A DNA stretch of 64,000 bases, taken from NCBI GenBank assembly GCA_021797915.1, contig JAJZYT010000003.1, positions 812-64,811 of the forward strand. Reading direction: 5' to 3'. Shown piece after piece: positions 53,767-63,324 of the stretch. Source of the stretch: Thermoplasmata archaeon (GTDB lineage: Archaea; Thermoplasmatota; Thermoplasmata; Thermoplasmatales; GCA-001856825). The position numbers and the translations under genes are program-made. Below the pieces are notes generated by a model. The model had not been told where the DNA came from. It was given only the letters and a program-made list of their open reading frames with translations, and did not search any database. Every line of letters starts with the position of its first letter. Positions within the stretch are counted from its first letter, which is position 1.

Positions 53767-55206
53767 CTAATAGTAGCTCTCTCCATAGGGTCCCCTTTCA
53801 AAGTTGATCAACTTGGCCGGAACACTATCTATTTTTCCTATGTCCTTGAAGTAAAAGAGCATCCCCATACTTGCTCTTCCCGAGTCAGCTACTCCGCTTA
53901 TTATGTCCTTCCTAGAGTTCGTTATGTCCCCACCTGCAAATATACCCGGGAAACTCGTCATGTTGTACTGGTTTACTATCAGATCACCTGAAGGAGTCAC
54001 GTTGATCTTCTTCATCATTTCACGTGGAATGAATGAGAAATCTCCCTTCTGACCGGTCGCTTCAATCACGGTGTCAACCTCAACCAAGTATTCTTTGTCC
54101 TTGATCGGAACTGGTTCCCTTCGCCCCGTCCCCTTGTCAACCATCTCATTTTTCCAATACTTGATTCCCTTGACTTTTCCATTTTCTCCCACGTACTCGG
54201 TGGGCGTCACTTCCCAGATGAATTGGACCCTCTCCTCTTCTGCCTCATCGAGTTCTTCATTCGCGTTGCTCGATGGATAACCCGGTCTGTCAGTAACAGC
54301 CCTCCTGTACATAACTATGACTTTTTTCGCACCAAGTCTGAAAGAAATTCTCGCTGAATCGAAAGCGGTGAATCCGCCTCCTATTATAGCAACAGTTTCT
54401 CCGACTTCTATCTTCTTTCCATAATTGACTTGTCCAAGGAAATCCAGGGCATGATATACTCCTTTGAGATCGATTCCCGGCGTGCGGGTCTTCGAGGGCT
54501 TCCAGTTTCCAACTGCGACGTAGACTGCATCGTACTCTTGCACAAGTTCGTCAAACTGGACATCCCTTCCTATCTTCGTGTTATAATGTATTTTGGCCCC
54601 GTAAGAAAGAACATGATCCGCTTCCTTCTCGACAGTATCTCTCGATAGTCTGAAATCGGGGATTCCATGCACCATCATCCCTCCGGGTTTTTCGGTCTGT
54701 TCGAAAACATCAACTTGTATTCCATTGATTGAAAGATAAAATGCAGCGGAAAGACCGGAGGGTCCAGCTCCGATAATTGCAACCCTAGGATGACCTCCGA
54801 GGTCATTTTGAACAACGTCCAGAATCTCCCTGTAATCGGGAGAATTTTCCGAGATGAATCTCTTAATGTGTCTAGTGGCAACCGGTCCATTGTTATCATC
54901 GAGAAGGCAATTGTCTTCGCAGGGATGCGGACAGACGCTTCCACATACTCCCACAAAGGGAAGTTTCTCGAAATTGATCTTCAGTCCTTCCGCCAGGTTT
55001 CCGTTCTTTACCGCTATCTGAAATCCCGGTACGTCAATCCTTGCAGGGCATCCTTCAATACAAAGACCGCATCCAATGCATCTGGATGCTTCTGCAGTAA
55101 CTTCCTCTATCGTATAAGGTACCAGTGTTTGAACGTCCAGACTCTTAACTCTGTTATCTGGATCAAAATGTTTTATAGGTACTCTCGAGTAGTTCACACT
55201 GTTCAA
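53767..55206 (-). CDS. GltD/NfnB-like FAD/NAD(P)-dependent oxidoreductase with N-terminal Fe-S clusters
   Basis: Cys clusters CIGCGLCIEGCP and CGSVCPHPCEDNC. Dinucleotide folds VAIIGAGPSGLSAAFYL and VAIIGGGFTAFDSA. TTG start. No partner subunit is adjacent. Confidence 0.8.
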   Translation of the reverse strand: MNSVNYSRVPIKHFDPDNRVKSLDVQTLVPYTIEEVTAEASRCIGCGLCIEGCPARIDVPGFQIAVKNGNLAEGLKINFEKLPFVGVCGSVCPHPCEDNCLLDDNNGPVATRHIKRFISENSPDYREILDVVQNDLGGHPRVAIIGAGPSGLSAAFYLSINGIQVDVFEQTEKPGGMMVHGIPDFRLSRDTVEKEADHVLSYGAKIHYNTKIGRDVQFDELVQEYDAVYVAVGNWKPSKTRTPGIDLKGVYHALDFLGQVNYGKKIEVGETVAIIGGGFTAFDSARISFRLGAKKVIVMYRRAVTDRPGYPSSNANEELDEAEEERVQFIWEVTPTEYVGENGKVKGIKYWKNEMVDKGTGRREPVPIKDKEYLVEVDTVIEATGQKGDFSFIPREMMKKINVTPSGDLIVNQYNMTSFPGIFAGGDITNSRKDIISGVADSGRASMGMLFYFKDIGKIDSVPAKLINFERGPYGESYY

Positions 55207-55423
55207 ATAGATCCACCGATTACGATAGTCCTTCCGATAATAAAATGATTATGAGATAGGGTGTCTCTGGACCGATTTACTTTACTCTAGCCTTTCCTGT
55301 GGAGTCCGACGAATCTCAAAATATGTTGTCACAAGGTTGCGAGTCAAGCGAGATCAGGAAAGCAAATGATAGTAGTCTTCCAACTTCCCGCGATTGCCGA
55401 TAAAATACGATATTTGATCTCCT

Positions 55424-55960
55424 TTATCTTAGATGCATATTATCAAGACTGTGAGCTGCCCGATAGAAGGTCGGATCTATATCCAGGCTCTTCTTGTACA
55501 TTCTTTCAGCAAGCTTTTCTTTGCCGAGGCTCTCGAATATCTGGCCCTTCACGAAGTAGACGTCTGCCTTTTGTGGAATCAGTCTGGAGATTACTCTAAG
55601 ATCGTCCAGTGCCATCTTCGGGAAACCCATCATTGCGAGAGTTATTGCTCTATTAAAGTATGAATCTACAGCCTTCTTGTTGCCTGCCTTTCTGAGCATT
55701 GCGATCGATTTTGAATAAAGGTCTATGGCCTCTGAGTACAGTGAGTCTTCCACCATACCGTTGGCAATTTCGTAATACCTCCGTGAGATATTCCTGATCG
55801 CTTCTGCTCTGACCTTCTTACTTTCTGGAGAAGAAAACTGAGTTCTCAGCATGTCTATCTGCTTTTCGACCTCAATCTCTAGTCTGTCCCTATCCAGAAC
55901 ACGCTCCATTTTTTCAGCGTTTACCGCCATAGCTAAAGTCGAGTTCTCGCCATCTTTCAT
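55424..55960 (-). CDS. TPR-repeat protein
   Basis: 178 aa with TPR-like repeats (YFVKGQIFESLGKEKLAERMYKKSLDIDP). Confidence 0.65.
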   Translation of the reverse strand: MKDGENSTLAMAVNAEKMERVLDRDRLEIEVEKQIDMLRTQFSSPESKKVRAEAIRNISRRYYEIANGMVEDSLYSEAIDLYSKSIAMLRKAGNKKAVDSYFNRAITLAMMGFPKMALDDLRVISRLIPQKADVYFVKGQIFESLGKEKLAERMYKKSLDIDPTFYRAAHSLDNMHLR

Positions 55961-56208
55961 TGAAGAATTATTATAAATTTGATATTAAATACTTTCGTAT
56001 CTTCAAAACATTTTTAGTCGTGTTGGATTTCTAAGTTACACTTTAATTTCACTGACCGAAAAGTTTGCCTGAAAGATGTAGTAAAAGTTAGTGGGTCGAC
56101 TATTTCTTTCGTTGGAAATACTGTGAGTTGGACAACGTTACTCATCCCGGATGCGCCCGGTGAAGGGTTGACTAAATTTCTTTGGACAGACTGAGTTTCC
56201 TAGAGGAC

Positions 56209-56535
56209 CTATATGCTATCGCGCCTGAACTCAATTCTTCCTTCCTCAAAAGTGAGAGAATATATGTCGTTCACTTCAAACTTTATGCCGAGTGACTCGT
56301 ATTCCTCGTCAGATAGCCTCAGAATAAGTTTTTGGTTCGGACGAGATTGGATTCCGACGGTTTGGGAGATTCCCTTCATCAGGTCATTCACGAAATCTGG
56401 ACCAAAAGTGAAACTCTGGACTGGATGGTCCTTTTCAGTGATATATTCATCTAGGTCAATCTCCCGTCCCCTTGTTCTTGTATCTTGATCGTAATACGAT
56501 GAAATATTTATGACCATAACCTTCTTGCTGAGCAT
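56209..56535 (-). CDS. hypothetical protein (108 aa)
   Basis: Clean ORF with balanced composition. The antisense ORF 56213..56488 is less protein-like. No family recognised. Confidence 0.5.
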   Translation of the reverse strand: MLSKKVMVINISSYYDQDTRTRGREIDLDEYITEKDHPVQSFTFGPDFVNDLMKGISQTVGIQSRPNQKLILRLSDEEYESLGIKFEVNDIYSLTFEEGRIEFRRDSI

Positions 56536-56597
56536 ATTTCGTCAACGTAAATTGATATATTATACTGTAGGTGCCAAAATTCAGTAATCGAACCCGT

Positions 56598-57584
56598 TTA
56601 ACGCTTCTCCAGGAGCAGGGCAGCCTGTTCCTTCCTCAAGTCTGAAAACTGCTTGGAAGATTCCTTCACGATTTCATCCCTGCCCGTGTTGTGCAATGCT
56701 ATCAGCGCATTTCTTGCGAAACCTTCAAACGTGGCCCGCTTGATTGCGCTGCCTTTGTAATTGAGGTCGAATGACTCTTTGTCCAAGAATGCAATATCCT
56801 CTAGCTTCATCTTATTGGAAAAGACATCATCTTGAACTTGTGGTATGGAAGATTCCTTTGTCTGCCTGTTCCAGGGGCAGACGTCATTGCAAATATCACA
56901 CCCAAATAACATGTCGCCCATCCTATCAGAAACCAGTTTAGGGATAGCGCCCCGATTCTCGATGGTGTGATATGAGATGCATAAGTTTGAATCTATTGTT
57001 CTATCTTTGTTTATCGCGCTCGTAGGGCAGCTGTCAATGCATCTTGTACACGTACCACAAAGATCAGGGGAAGGAACAAAATTTGAGTCTAAAGATAAAT
57101 CGCTGATGGATACACCAATGAAGGTATACGATCCCAACTGCTGATTGATGAGCATAGAATTCTTGCCTACCCATCCAAGAGACGAGATTCTTGCCTGGCT
57201 TCTTTCCAAGATGGGTCCGGTATCTACGTAGGATTTATAGCTATTCAAGAACAGTTCGTTTTTAATCATGAACTCGTCTATAATATCTGGGAAAAATTTG
57301 TGATAGTCTTTGAACGATGCATAAGAAGCGATTTTCCCGTACCCTTCTCTCGAAATAGTATGCCTCTTGTAATTCAAAAGAAATACTATTATGGACTTTG
57401 AGCTCTCAGCGAGCAGGGAGGTGTCGTTGATCTTTATGATTCTTTCCTCTTTTGAAAGGTAGGACATAGAACCCTGATAACGATTGCTCAACCACCTGGT
57501 ATAGTTCTCGGTACTCTGTATTCCCGCTCTTAATGAAGAGAATTTCAGGTCAGGTGGTACGCTGAGGTCTTGGTCCAGTATCAC
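56598..57584 (-). CDS. QueG-like Fe-S protein (epoxyqueuosine reductase / reductive-dehalogenase-related family)
   Basis: DUF1730-sized N-terminus, two ferredoxin-type motifs (CGTCTRCIDSCPTSAI, FGCDICNDVCPWNR) and a C-terminal helical tail. Confidence 0.7.
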   Translation of the reverse strand: MILDQDLSVPPDLKFSSLRAGIQSTENYTRWLSNRYQGSMSYLSKEERIIKINDTSLLAESSKSIIVFLLNYKRHTISREGYGKIASYASFKDYHKFFPDIIDEFMIKNELFLNSYKSYVDTGPILERSQARISSLGWVGKNSMLINQQLGSYTFIGVSISDLSLDSNFVPSPDLCGTCTRCIDSCPTSAINKDRTIDSNLCISYHTIENRGAIPKLVSDRMGDMLFGCDICNDVCPWNRQTKESSIPQVQDDVFSNKMKLEDIAFLDKESFDLNYKGSAIKRATFEGFARNALIALHNTGRDEIVKESSKQFSDLRKEQAALLLEKR

Positions 57585-57652
57585 GAAATGTGATTATAAA
57601 GAAATTCTAAAGGTTAACCATACCTTTAATTCTTCGTCTGCATCTGCGAGTA

Positions 57653-58567
57653 GTGGAAACTGGAAAAGCGAGTCTGGATGAGATCAAGAGGATCCTTGAG
57701 AACAACAGGGGAGTGATGCTGAAGAGCAACATCATCGGATCAGACTTTTCTTTTCTGAAGGCCTACTCATCGAACATCATATTCAAGGTAGAACCGATGG
57801 TTTTCTACAACTCGCTCTCGATAGAGGAAAATGCTCTCCTATCAGTTTTGTTTCCACTAAATGATTTTGTCACATCTGGAACGTGGCCCTCGATCGCAAT
57901 GTTAAATTTTGAAAAGCCTGCGAAGGCAGGCAAGGATTACTTCGAATATATTGACAGGGTACTGAAGATCCTAGGGAGGAGAAAGATAAAAGTGGCTTCA
58001 GGACACACTGGAAGTTACGGGAACCTCGATTATGGAGTAGCTGGTTCGATCGCATTCATAGGATTTGAAGATCCAATTTTCGACTTCAGAAGGATACGCG
58101 AAGACGATCTATATTACAGCATTGGAGCACTCGGAAATGAGCTTTCTTATTTCAAAGACAGTGGAAAGGGAACCCACGCTCCGTCCGAACTTTCCATTGA
58201 GATCTACATAAGAGAATTCTTGCGTATAAGAAAGAGCGTTCATTATGTTCACGACCTTTCTGAGGGAGGTTTAAGCAGGGGTCTCATGGAAGTTGCAAAC
58301 GTAACTCATCACGGATTTGACGTGAGTACAGCGGCCCTTAAAACGGTTGCTTCAAAAGGACTAAAAGACTATGGACGGAAGTTATTTTCTGTTAGTTCAT
58401 CTGGCGCACTCATCGTCTCTATCTCACAGACTGATGAGGAGAAATTTGAACGGATGTTGAATAAGAAGTCGTGGCCGTCCTTAAGGATAGAAAAAAAGAA
58501 TGATGGAGTGACGCTAGATGGAAAGAGCTACGATCCAAAAGACAGCATAATAGATTTTCTAAAGTAA
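57653..58567 (+). CDS. AIR-synthase-related (PurM-like fold) protein
   Basis: 304 aa with PurM/HypE/ThiL-superfamily-like segments (VASGHTGSYG, HDLSEGGLSRGLME). GTG start. Confidence 0.6.
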   Translation: METGKASLDEIKRILENNRGVMLKSNIIGSDFSFLKAYSSNIIFKVEPMVFYNSLSIEENALLSVLFPLNDFVTSGTWPSIAMLNFEKPAKAGKDYFEYIDRVLKILGRRKIKVASGHTGSYGNLDYGVAGSIAFIGFEDPIFDFRRIREDDLYYSIGALGNELSYFKDSGKGTHAPSELSIEIYIREFLRIRKSVHYVHDLSEGGLSRGLMEVANVTHHGFDVSTAALKTVASKGLKDYGRKLFSVSSSGALIVSISQTDEEKFERMLNKKSWPSLRIEKKNDGVTLDGKSYDPKDSIIDFLK

Positions 58568-58642
58568 TCTGCCTCTAAGAATTTGCAAAAAACTATCGTC
58601 CAAAGGAATATCGATTTATATTAACATTCAATTAACAGAATC

Positions 58643-59470
58643 GTGAAAATCGACGGTTTTGATCTACTCTTGGCGAGTGATGGCACATTCAAGCTAGACG
58701 GGGGAGCAATGTTCGGCATAGTTCCCAAACCTGTGTGGGAGAAATACTTCAGGGCTGACGAGAGGAATAAGATCACACTGGGTACGAATGTTTTGGTTAT
58801 AAAGAGCGGGAAAAACACTGCTCTCGTGGACTTGGGTATGGGCGATAAGTTCGACAAGAAGTTGGAGGGCATATACGAGATAGACAGAACGAAAACTCTT
58901 CTGCAGGATTTGAGTGAAAAAGACATCGAAAGGGAAGCAGTGACGCATATCTTCATAACACACGGACACCTGGACCACACTGGCTGGGCAACGACTTACA
59001 GCCACGACAAAATAGTCCCCACCTTCCCGAACGCAAAATATTACATGCAAGAGGACACGCTCAAAGAGATAAGGGAGCCAAACCAGAAGACAAAACCGAA
59101 CTACAATTATCTGAATTTCGAAAATCTTGATGACCACATCGAGCTTCTAAACGGAGACGAGGAGGTATTCCCGGGCGTGGAACTCATCAAGTCTGGAGGG
59201 CACACAAAGGGACATCAGGTAGTTACCCTAAGAGTGGGGAACAAGACATTCATCTATTTCGGTGACCTGATACCAACCTCGGCACACATCAAGCCTGCCT
59301 ACGTGATGGCTTATGATCTCTACCCTATGGACACATTCTCAAAGAAGAAAGAGATCCTCGAGAAAGCGTTTGAGGGAGAGTGGACTCTGTTCTTTGAACA
59401 CGATCCAGCCACGCCTTCTGCTCAGTTGGTTGACATCGAAAGCTATACTCTCAAGAAGGTAACTGTCTAA
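58643..59470 (+). CDS. MBL-fold metallo-hydrolase
   Basis: HxHxDH motif ITHGHLDHTG and a downstream GGHTKGH. Confidence 0.82.
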   Translation: MKIDGFDLLLASDGTFKLDGGAMFGIVPKPVWEKYFRADERNKITLGTNVLVIKSGKNTALVDLGMGDKFDKKLEGIYEIDRTKTLLQDLSEKDIEREAVTHIFITHGHLDHTGWATTYSHDKIVPTFPNAKYYMQEDTLKEIREPNQKTKPNYNYLNFENLDDHIELLNGDEEVFPGVELIKSGGHTKGHQVVTLRVGNKTFIYFGDLIPTSAHIKPAYVMAYDLYPMDTFSKKKEILEKAFEGEWTLFFEHDPATPSAQLVDIESYTLKKVTV

Positions 59471-60600
59471 AAGTTGGTTCGTCCCATTTTCAGAATTTCG
59501 CGCGCTATGATAATCCTTTGTATCTCGTTCGTTCCCTCGTAGATCTGAGTAACCTTAGCTTCTCTGAATCTCCTCTCGGTGGGGAGTTCATCTGTCATGG
59601 CCCTGTAACCGAGCAGGTGGATCGCCTCTTCAGTGATTTTCACGGCTGAATCGCCCGCTTGAAGCTTTGACATCGAACTGAGCAGGGTAGAATCCTTCCC
59701 TGCTTCAACCAGTTCAATTGACTCGTTGTACTTGGTGACCGAAGAATGTAGCATGTTTACCATATCGGCCAGCTTGAACAGAAAATTCTCCGAACCGGAA
59801 CTCTTCTGCTCATCGTTGGAAGAAATCACATCCCTTATCGCACCCTCCGAAATTCCAATCGCCTGAGAGGCAATTCCTATTCTGCCAACGTTGAGGGTAT
59901 CCATTTCGATCCTGAAACCATCGTTGACCTTTCCCACTACCTGTTCCTCTTCAACTTCTACATGGTCCATGAGGACCTCTGTGGTGCTGGTCCCCCTTAT
60001 TCCCATCTTGTGGAACTCCTTGCCGATCGACAATCCGCTCATCTCCTTGTCAACTGCGAATAGTGTCATTCCATGATGCTTCTTTTCGGGGGAAGTCATT
60101 GCTGACACGAGGAAGAACTGCGCTTCCCCTCCGTTCGTGATGAATATCTTTCCGCCGTTCAGTATGAATCTGTCTCCTTTCTTTTCTGCAGTGGTCGTTA
60201 TGGCAACAGCATCCGAGCCTGTTCCAGGTTCTGTTATTGCGAGAGCGCCTATTGTCCCCTTTGAAACTCGAGACAGATATTTCTGCTTGAGAGATTCCGT
60301 CCCGTATTTGAGTACTGGCTCGCCGAAGAGGGAGACAGTAACATCTGGAATAAGGGACGTCGAAGCACACTCCCTTGAAATAATCCTGATACTTTCCATT
60401 AACGTTGAGAGTGAGAATCCGAGTCCTCCATATTCACGGGGAATATAAGTTGCAAATATTCCCATCTTTGCCATTTCACCAATCAGATCCTCTGGGTACC
60501 TAGAACTCTCATCAATTTCCGTCGCTCTGTCCCTTACTCTTGAAATCGCAAAGTCTTCAACTTCCTTCAATTTATTCCGCTCAGGAACACTTAGATTCAT
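59467..60600 (-). CDS. acyl-CoA dehydrogenase
   Basis: 377 aa with GALAITEPGTGSD and the C-terminal catalytic Glu context IYEGTNEIQR. Confidence 0.88.
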   Translation of the reverse strand: MNLSVPERNKLKEVEDFAISRVRDRATEIDESSRYPEDLIGEMAKMGIFATYIPREYGGLGFSLSTLMESIRIISRECASTSLIPDVTVSLFGEPVLKYGTESLKQKYLSRVSKGTIGALAITEPGTGSDAVAITTTAEKKGDRFILNGGKIFITNGGEAQFFLVSAMTSPEKKHHGMTLFAVDKEMSGLSIGKEFHKMGIRGTSTTEVLMDHVEVEEEQVVGKVNDGFRIEMDTLNVGRIGIASQAIGISEGAIRDVISSNDEQKSSGSENFLFKLADMVNMLHSSVTKYNESIELVEAGKDSTLLSSMSKLQAGDSAVKITEEAIHLLGYRAMTDELPTERRFREAKVTQIYEGTNEIQRIIIAREILKMGRTNF

Positions 60601-60691
60601 TTATTTCCAGTATGAGAAGGTGAAAATTAATCTTCCTGACTTTGGGAAATCTGACAAAAGTCTTATATTTGTCTTATGTATATATTCGCAA

Positions 60692-61555
60692 ATGACTGAA
60701 ATGATCTCTGAACAACTTAACGCTAACGTGACAGACAACTTTAGAAATAGGTTGTTCGCAAATGGAAAGAGCCGGAATACAGTCAAGATGTATGGGTATA
60801 TAGTCGATCAATACCTTGACTTTGTTAAATTCCAGAAGGAGGCAATAACTGCTGAAAACATAGAAGCATTCAAGGAATTCCTCTCAATTGAGAAGGGCTA
60901 TTCCAAATCGACGATCTATCTCTACATCAGAGCTTTGCAATCGTTCCTTTCATACATCGGTATGGAGAACCTAGGCCATCTAAAGGCCCCAAAGAGGCCA
61001 CAGAAGGTCCCCAATTATCTCATGAATGAGGAGGTCTCATCGATCATAGCCAATTGCAGGAACCTGAAAGAGAGGCTGATAATCAAACTGCTGGTCTATA
61101 CTGGAATAAGAGTCTCAGAGCTCTGTTCCATCAGGATCCAGGACATAGACGTAAATAGCAAGACACTCAAGATCAGGAACGGGAAAGGAGATAAGGACAG
61201 ATTGGTAGTTTTCAGTGACAAGGTCGTCTCTGACCTAAAGCTGTATCTCATGGAGATGAAGGATGGTAAAGTGAGAGGCGATTTTCTGTTCCCGACTTCA
61301 AGGAGCAAGAGGGTATCGCCGGTCACGGTCGAACGGGTGGTCCGGAACATCGTGAAAAGGTCGGGCTTGCAGAAGAAGGTCACACCACACACTTTCAGAC
61401 ACACTTTTGCCACGTCCCTATTGAGGAACGGTGCTGACTTGAGAATAATTCAGCTCCTCCTAGGTCATTCCAGCATCAGCACGACGCAAATCTATACCCA
61501 TATGGACGACAGGGCTCTGAAGATGGGATACGAAAAGTTCATCCCTAGCTACTGA
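60692..61555 (+). CDS. xerA: tyrosine recombinase XerA-like
   Basis: Catalytic contexts TGIRVSEL, HTFRHTFAT and LLGHSSISTTQIYTH. The ATG at 60692 gives 287 aa. The track GTG at 60620 was rejected. Confidence 0.85.
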   Translation: MTEMISEQLNANVTDNFRNRLFANGKSRNTVKMYGYIVDQYLDFVKFQKEAITAENIEAFKEFLSIEKGYSKSTIYLYIRALQSFLSYIGMENLGHLKAPKRPQKVPNYLMNEEVSSIIANCRNLKERLIIKLLVYTGIRVSELCSIRIQDIDVNSKTLKIRNGKGDKDRLVVFSDKVVSDLKLYLMEMKDGKVRGDFLFPTSRSKRVSPVTVERVVRNIVKRSGLQKKVTPHTFRHTFATSLLRNGADLRIIQLLLGHSSISTTQIYTHMDDRALKMGYEKFIPSY

Positions 61556-62032
61556 AGTCCAGAGATTTTTTTGCATCTTTGTTCAACGCACGGTAACCTT
61601 GCAAGAAGTACCGCTGGGAGCAACTAGACACAAACCTCGGGATAACATACAAGATCTCTAGCCCTAGTTGTTTTCAAATCATTTATGCAGTCACATTAAA
61701 CAACTCGGTCTGAAATTATATTTAAAAAAATCGGACATTTGTTTTCGGGGTCACAGAAAACTAAAGAATGGCAATCCTGGTGACATTTTGATAATTTCAA
61801 ACGGTTCGGATAATGAAGAAAAGATTTTTAGAAAAGGAGATGGAAGTGAAATCGATCCTGTCCTTTTACTTGGAATAGAATATTGAATCGCTTGAAATAT
61901 CATCATATATAGGCGTGTTCGCCTCTTATTCTGTTTTGTCGTGAGAGATGGCAATGCTGGATTGTACAAGCAATGTCGAAGATAGGAACTTAGTAATACC
62001 TTTAGAACATTCAAAAGTGAAAGGGTATCAGA

Positions 62033-62683
62033 ATGGATAAGAAGGAACAGGTCGCAAGGGAAGCACTCAACTACATTCTAAAGGGAGATGTTGTCGGACT
62101 AGGATCTGGGACAACAGCATCACAGTTCATCAAACTTCTCGGGCAGAGTGACATCAAGGACAGTATTGTCGGAGTGGCAACCTCAACTGCATCTGAAAAA
62201 CTCGCTAGAGAAGTGGGAATTAAAACCGTAGACATCGACGCAGTTGACTGGATTAGCCTCACAGTGGATGGAGCAGATGAAGTAGACAAAAACTTGAACA
62301 TTCTGAAGGGGGGAGGAGGCCAGCTCACTAGGGAGAAGAAAGTGAGAAACAAGTCGAAAAACTATCTTGTCATCGTATCTGACGATAAGTTGGTGGAAAG
62401 AATAGGGAACAGGTTTCCGATACCTGTCGAGGTGCTCCCTTTTGGGCACGAAACCACAAAGAAGGAGCTCGAAGGACTAGGGTTGACGTGTCAGTTCAGG
62501 GGAGATTTTGTGACCGACAATGGTAATTTGATCTGTGACTGTAAACCACTTACAAGGCTCGATCTGAATAAGACAGATCAACAACTCAAGATCATTACGG
62601 GAGTCGTTGAAACGGGACTCTTCCTTGGAGGCAAGAAAACGGTTCTTGTATCTGACGGAAATGAGGTTAAAGTACTGAAATAG
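62033..62683 (+). CDS. rpiA: ribose-5-phosphate isomerase A
   Basis: VGLGSGTT, DGADEVD and KGGGG motifs. Confidence 0.9.
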   Translation: MDKKEQVAREALNYILKGDVVGLGSGTTASQFIKLLGQSDIKDSIVGVATSTASEKLAREVGIKTVDIDAVDWISLTVDGADEVDKNLNILKGGGGQLTREKKVRNKSKNYLVIVSDDKLVERIGNRFPIPVEVLPFGHETTKKELEGLGLTCQFRGDFVTDNGNLICDCKPLTRLDLNKTDQQLKIITGVVETGLFLGGKKTVLVSDGNEVKVLK

Positions 62684-62695
62684 CGTAAAGCCTGG

Positions 62696-63058
62696 TTACA
62701 GCACCAAGTTCTGTATCTGTCCAAGCACGTTCTGCATATCGGAAATTTTTCTTCTCTGTTCTTCTTCCAGCTCTTTGACAATTTCGTTGAAAGGTTTCGC
62801 AAGTCTATAGCCATGGACTGGTCTTCCCTTCCCTTCTTTCTTTATATCCCTCTTCATTATCCAACTGTGCTCTTTCAGGATTCGCATAGCAATTGAAACT
62901 TCTGGTTGTCGAAGGTTCGCGTTTTTCTCGATCTCTACTGAGGTAGTCTCCGGCCTTCCTTTCATATAAACAAGTGCCTTGGAGACGTTTCTTGGTACGC
63001 CCATCTGAATCAGTAATCCAGATAGCTTCTCGTCCTCAGCGGTAAATCCGTCTATCAT
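62696..63058 (-). CDS. wHTH transcription regulator (ArsR/TrmB-like)
   Basis: SVEIEKNANLRQPEVSIAMRILKEHSWIMKRDIKKEGKGRPVHGYRL followed by a coiled-coil tail. The ATG at 63058 is preferred. Divergent from the RNR gene. Confidence 0.7.
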   Translation of the reverse strand: MIDGFTAEDEKLSGLLIQMGVPRNVSKALVYMKGRPETTSVEIEKNANLRQPEVSIAMRILKEHSWIMKRDIKKEGKGRPVHGYRLAKPFNEIVKELEEEQRRKISDMQNVLGQIQNLVL

Positions 63059-63260
63059 ACAATTGTTAATAAAAATTCTATATTTATATTTTATCAAATT
63101 TATTTAGCTTGTATTTTATCCTTGATTAAGAGGCCAGAGAATAAATTGATTTTCAGGAATGGTGAGATTGGTAGGTGCAGCTTTAGCTTATTCTAAATTA
63201 CATAGGTCATTTACCTATTAATGTACCAACATAAGCCGGTAACTTGGTTGGACATTTTGA

Positions 63261-63298
63261 ATCAGACGTGTTCACAAAAACCTTTTAGTACGTCTGAT
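63261..63298 (+). promoter_or_regulatory. 9-bp perfect inverted repeat ATCAGACGT-N20-ACGTCTGAT in the RNR leader/promoter
   Basis: Read directly. It ends 27 nt upstream of the RNR ATG at 63325. It could be a leader hairpin or a dimeric regulator site. Confidence 0.3.
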
Positions 63299-63324
63299 GT
63301 TAGCTACGAAATACAGTGATTTGA

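Noticed and set aside
61668-62014. ORFs 61668..61886 (+) and 61751..62014 (-) in the xerA-rpiA gap.
   Set aside because: They overlap each other, have low-complexity composition, and show no start context or motifs.
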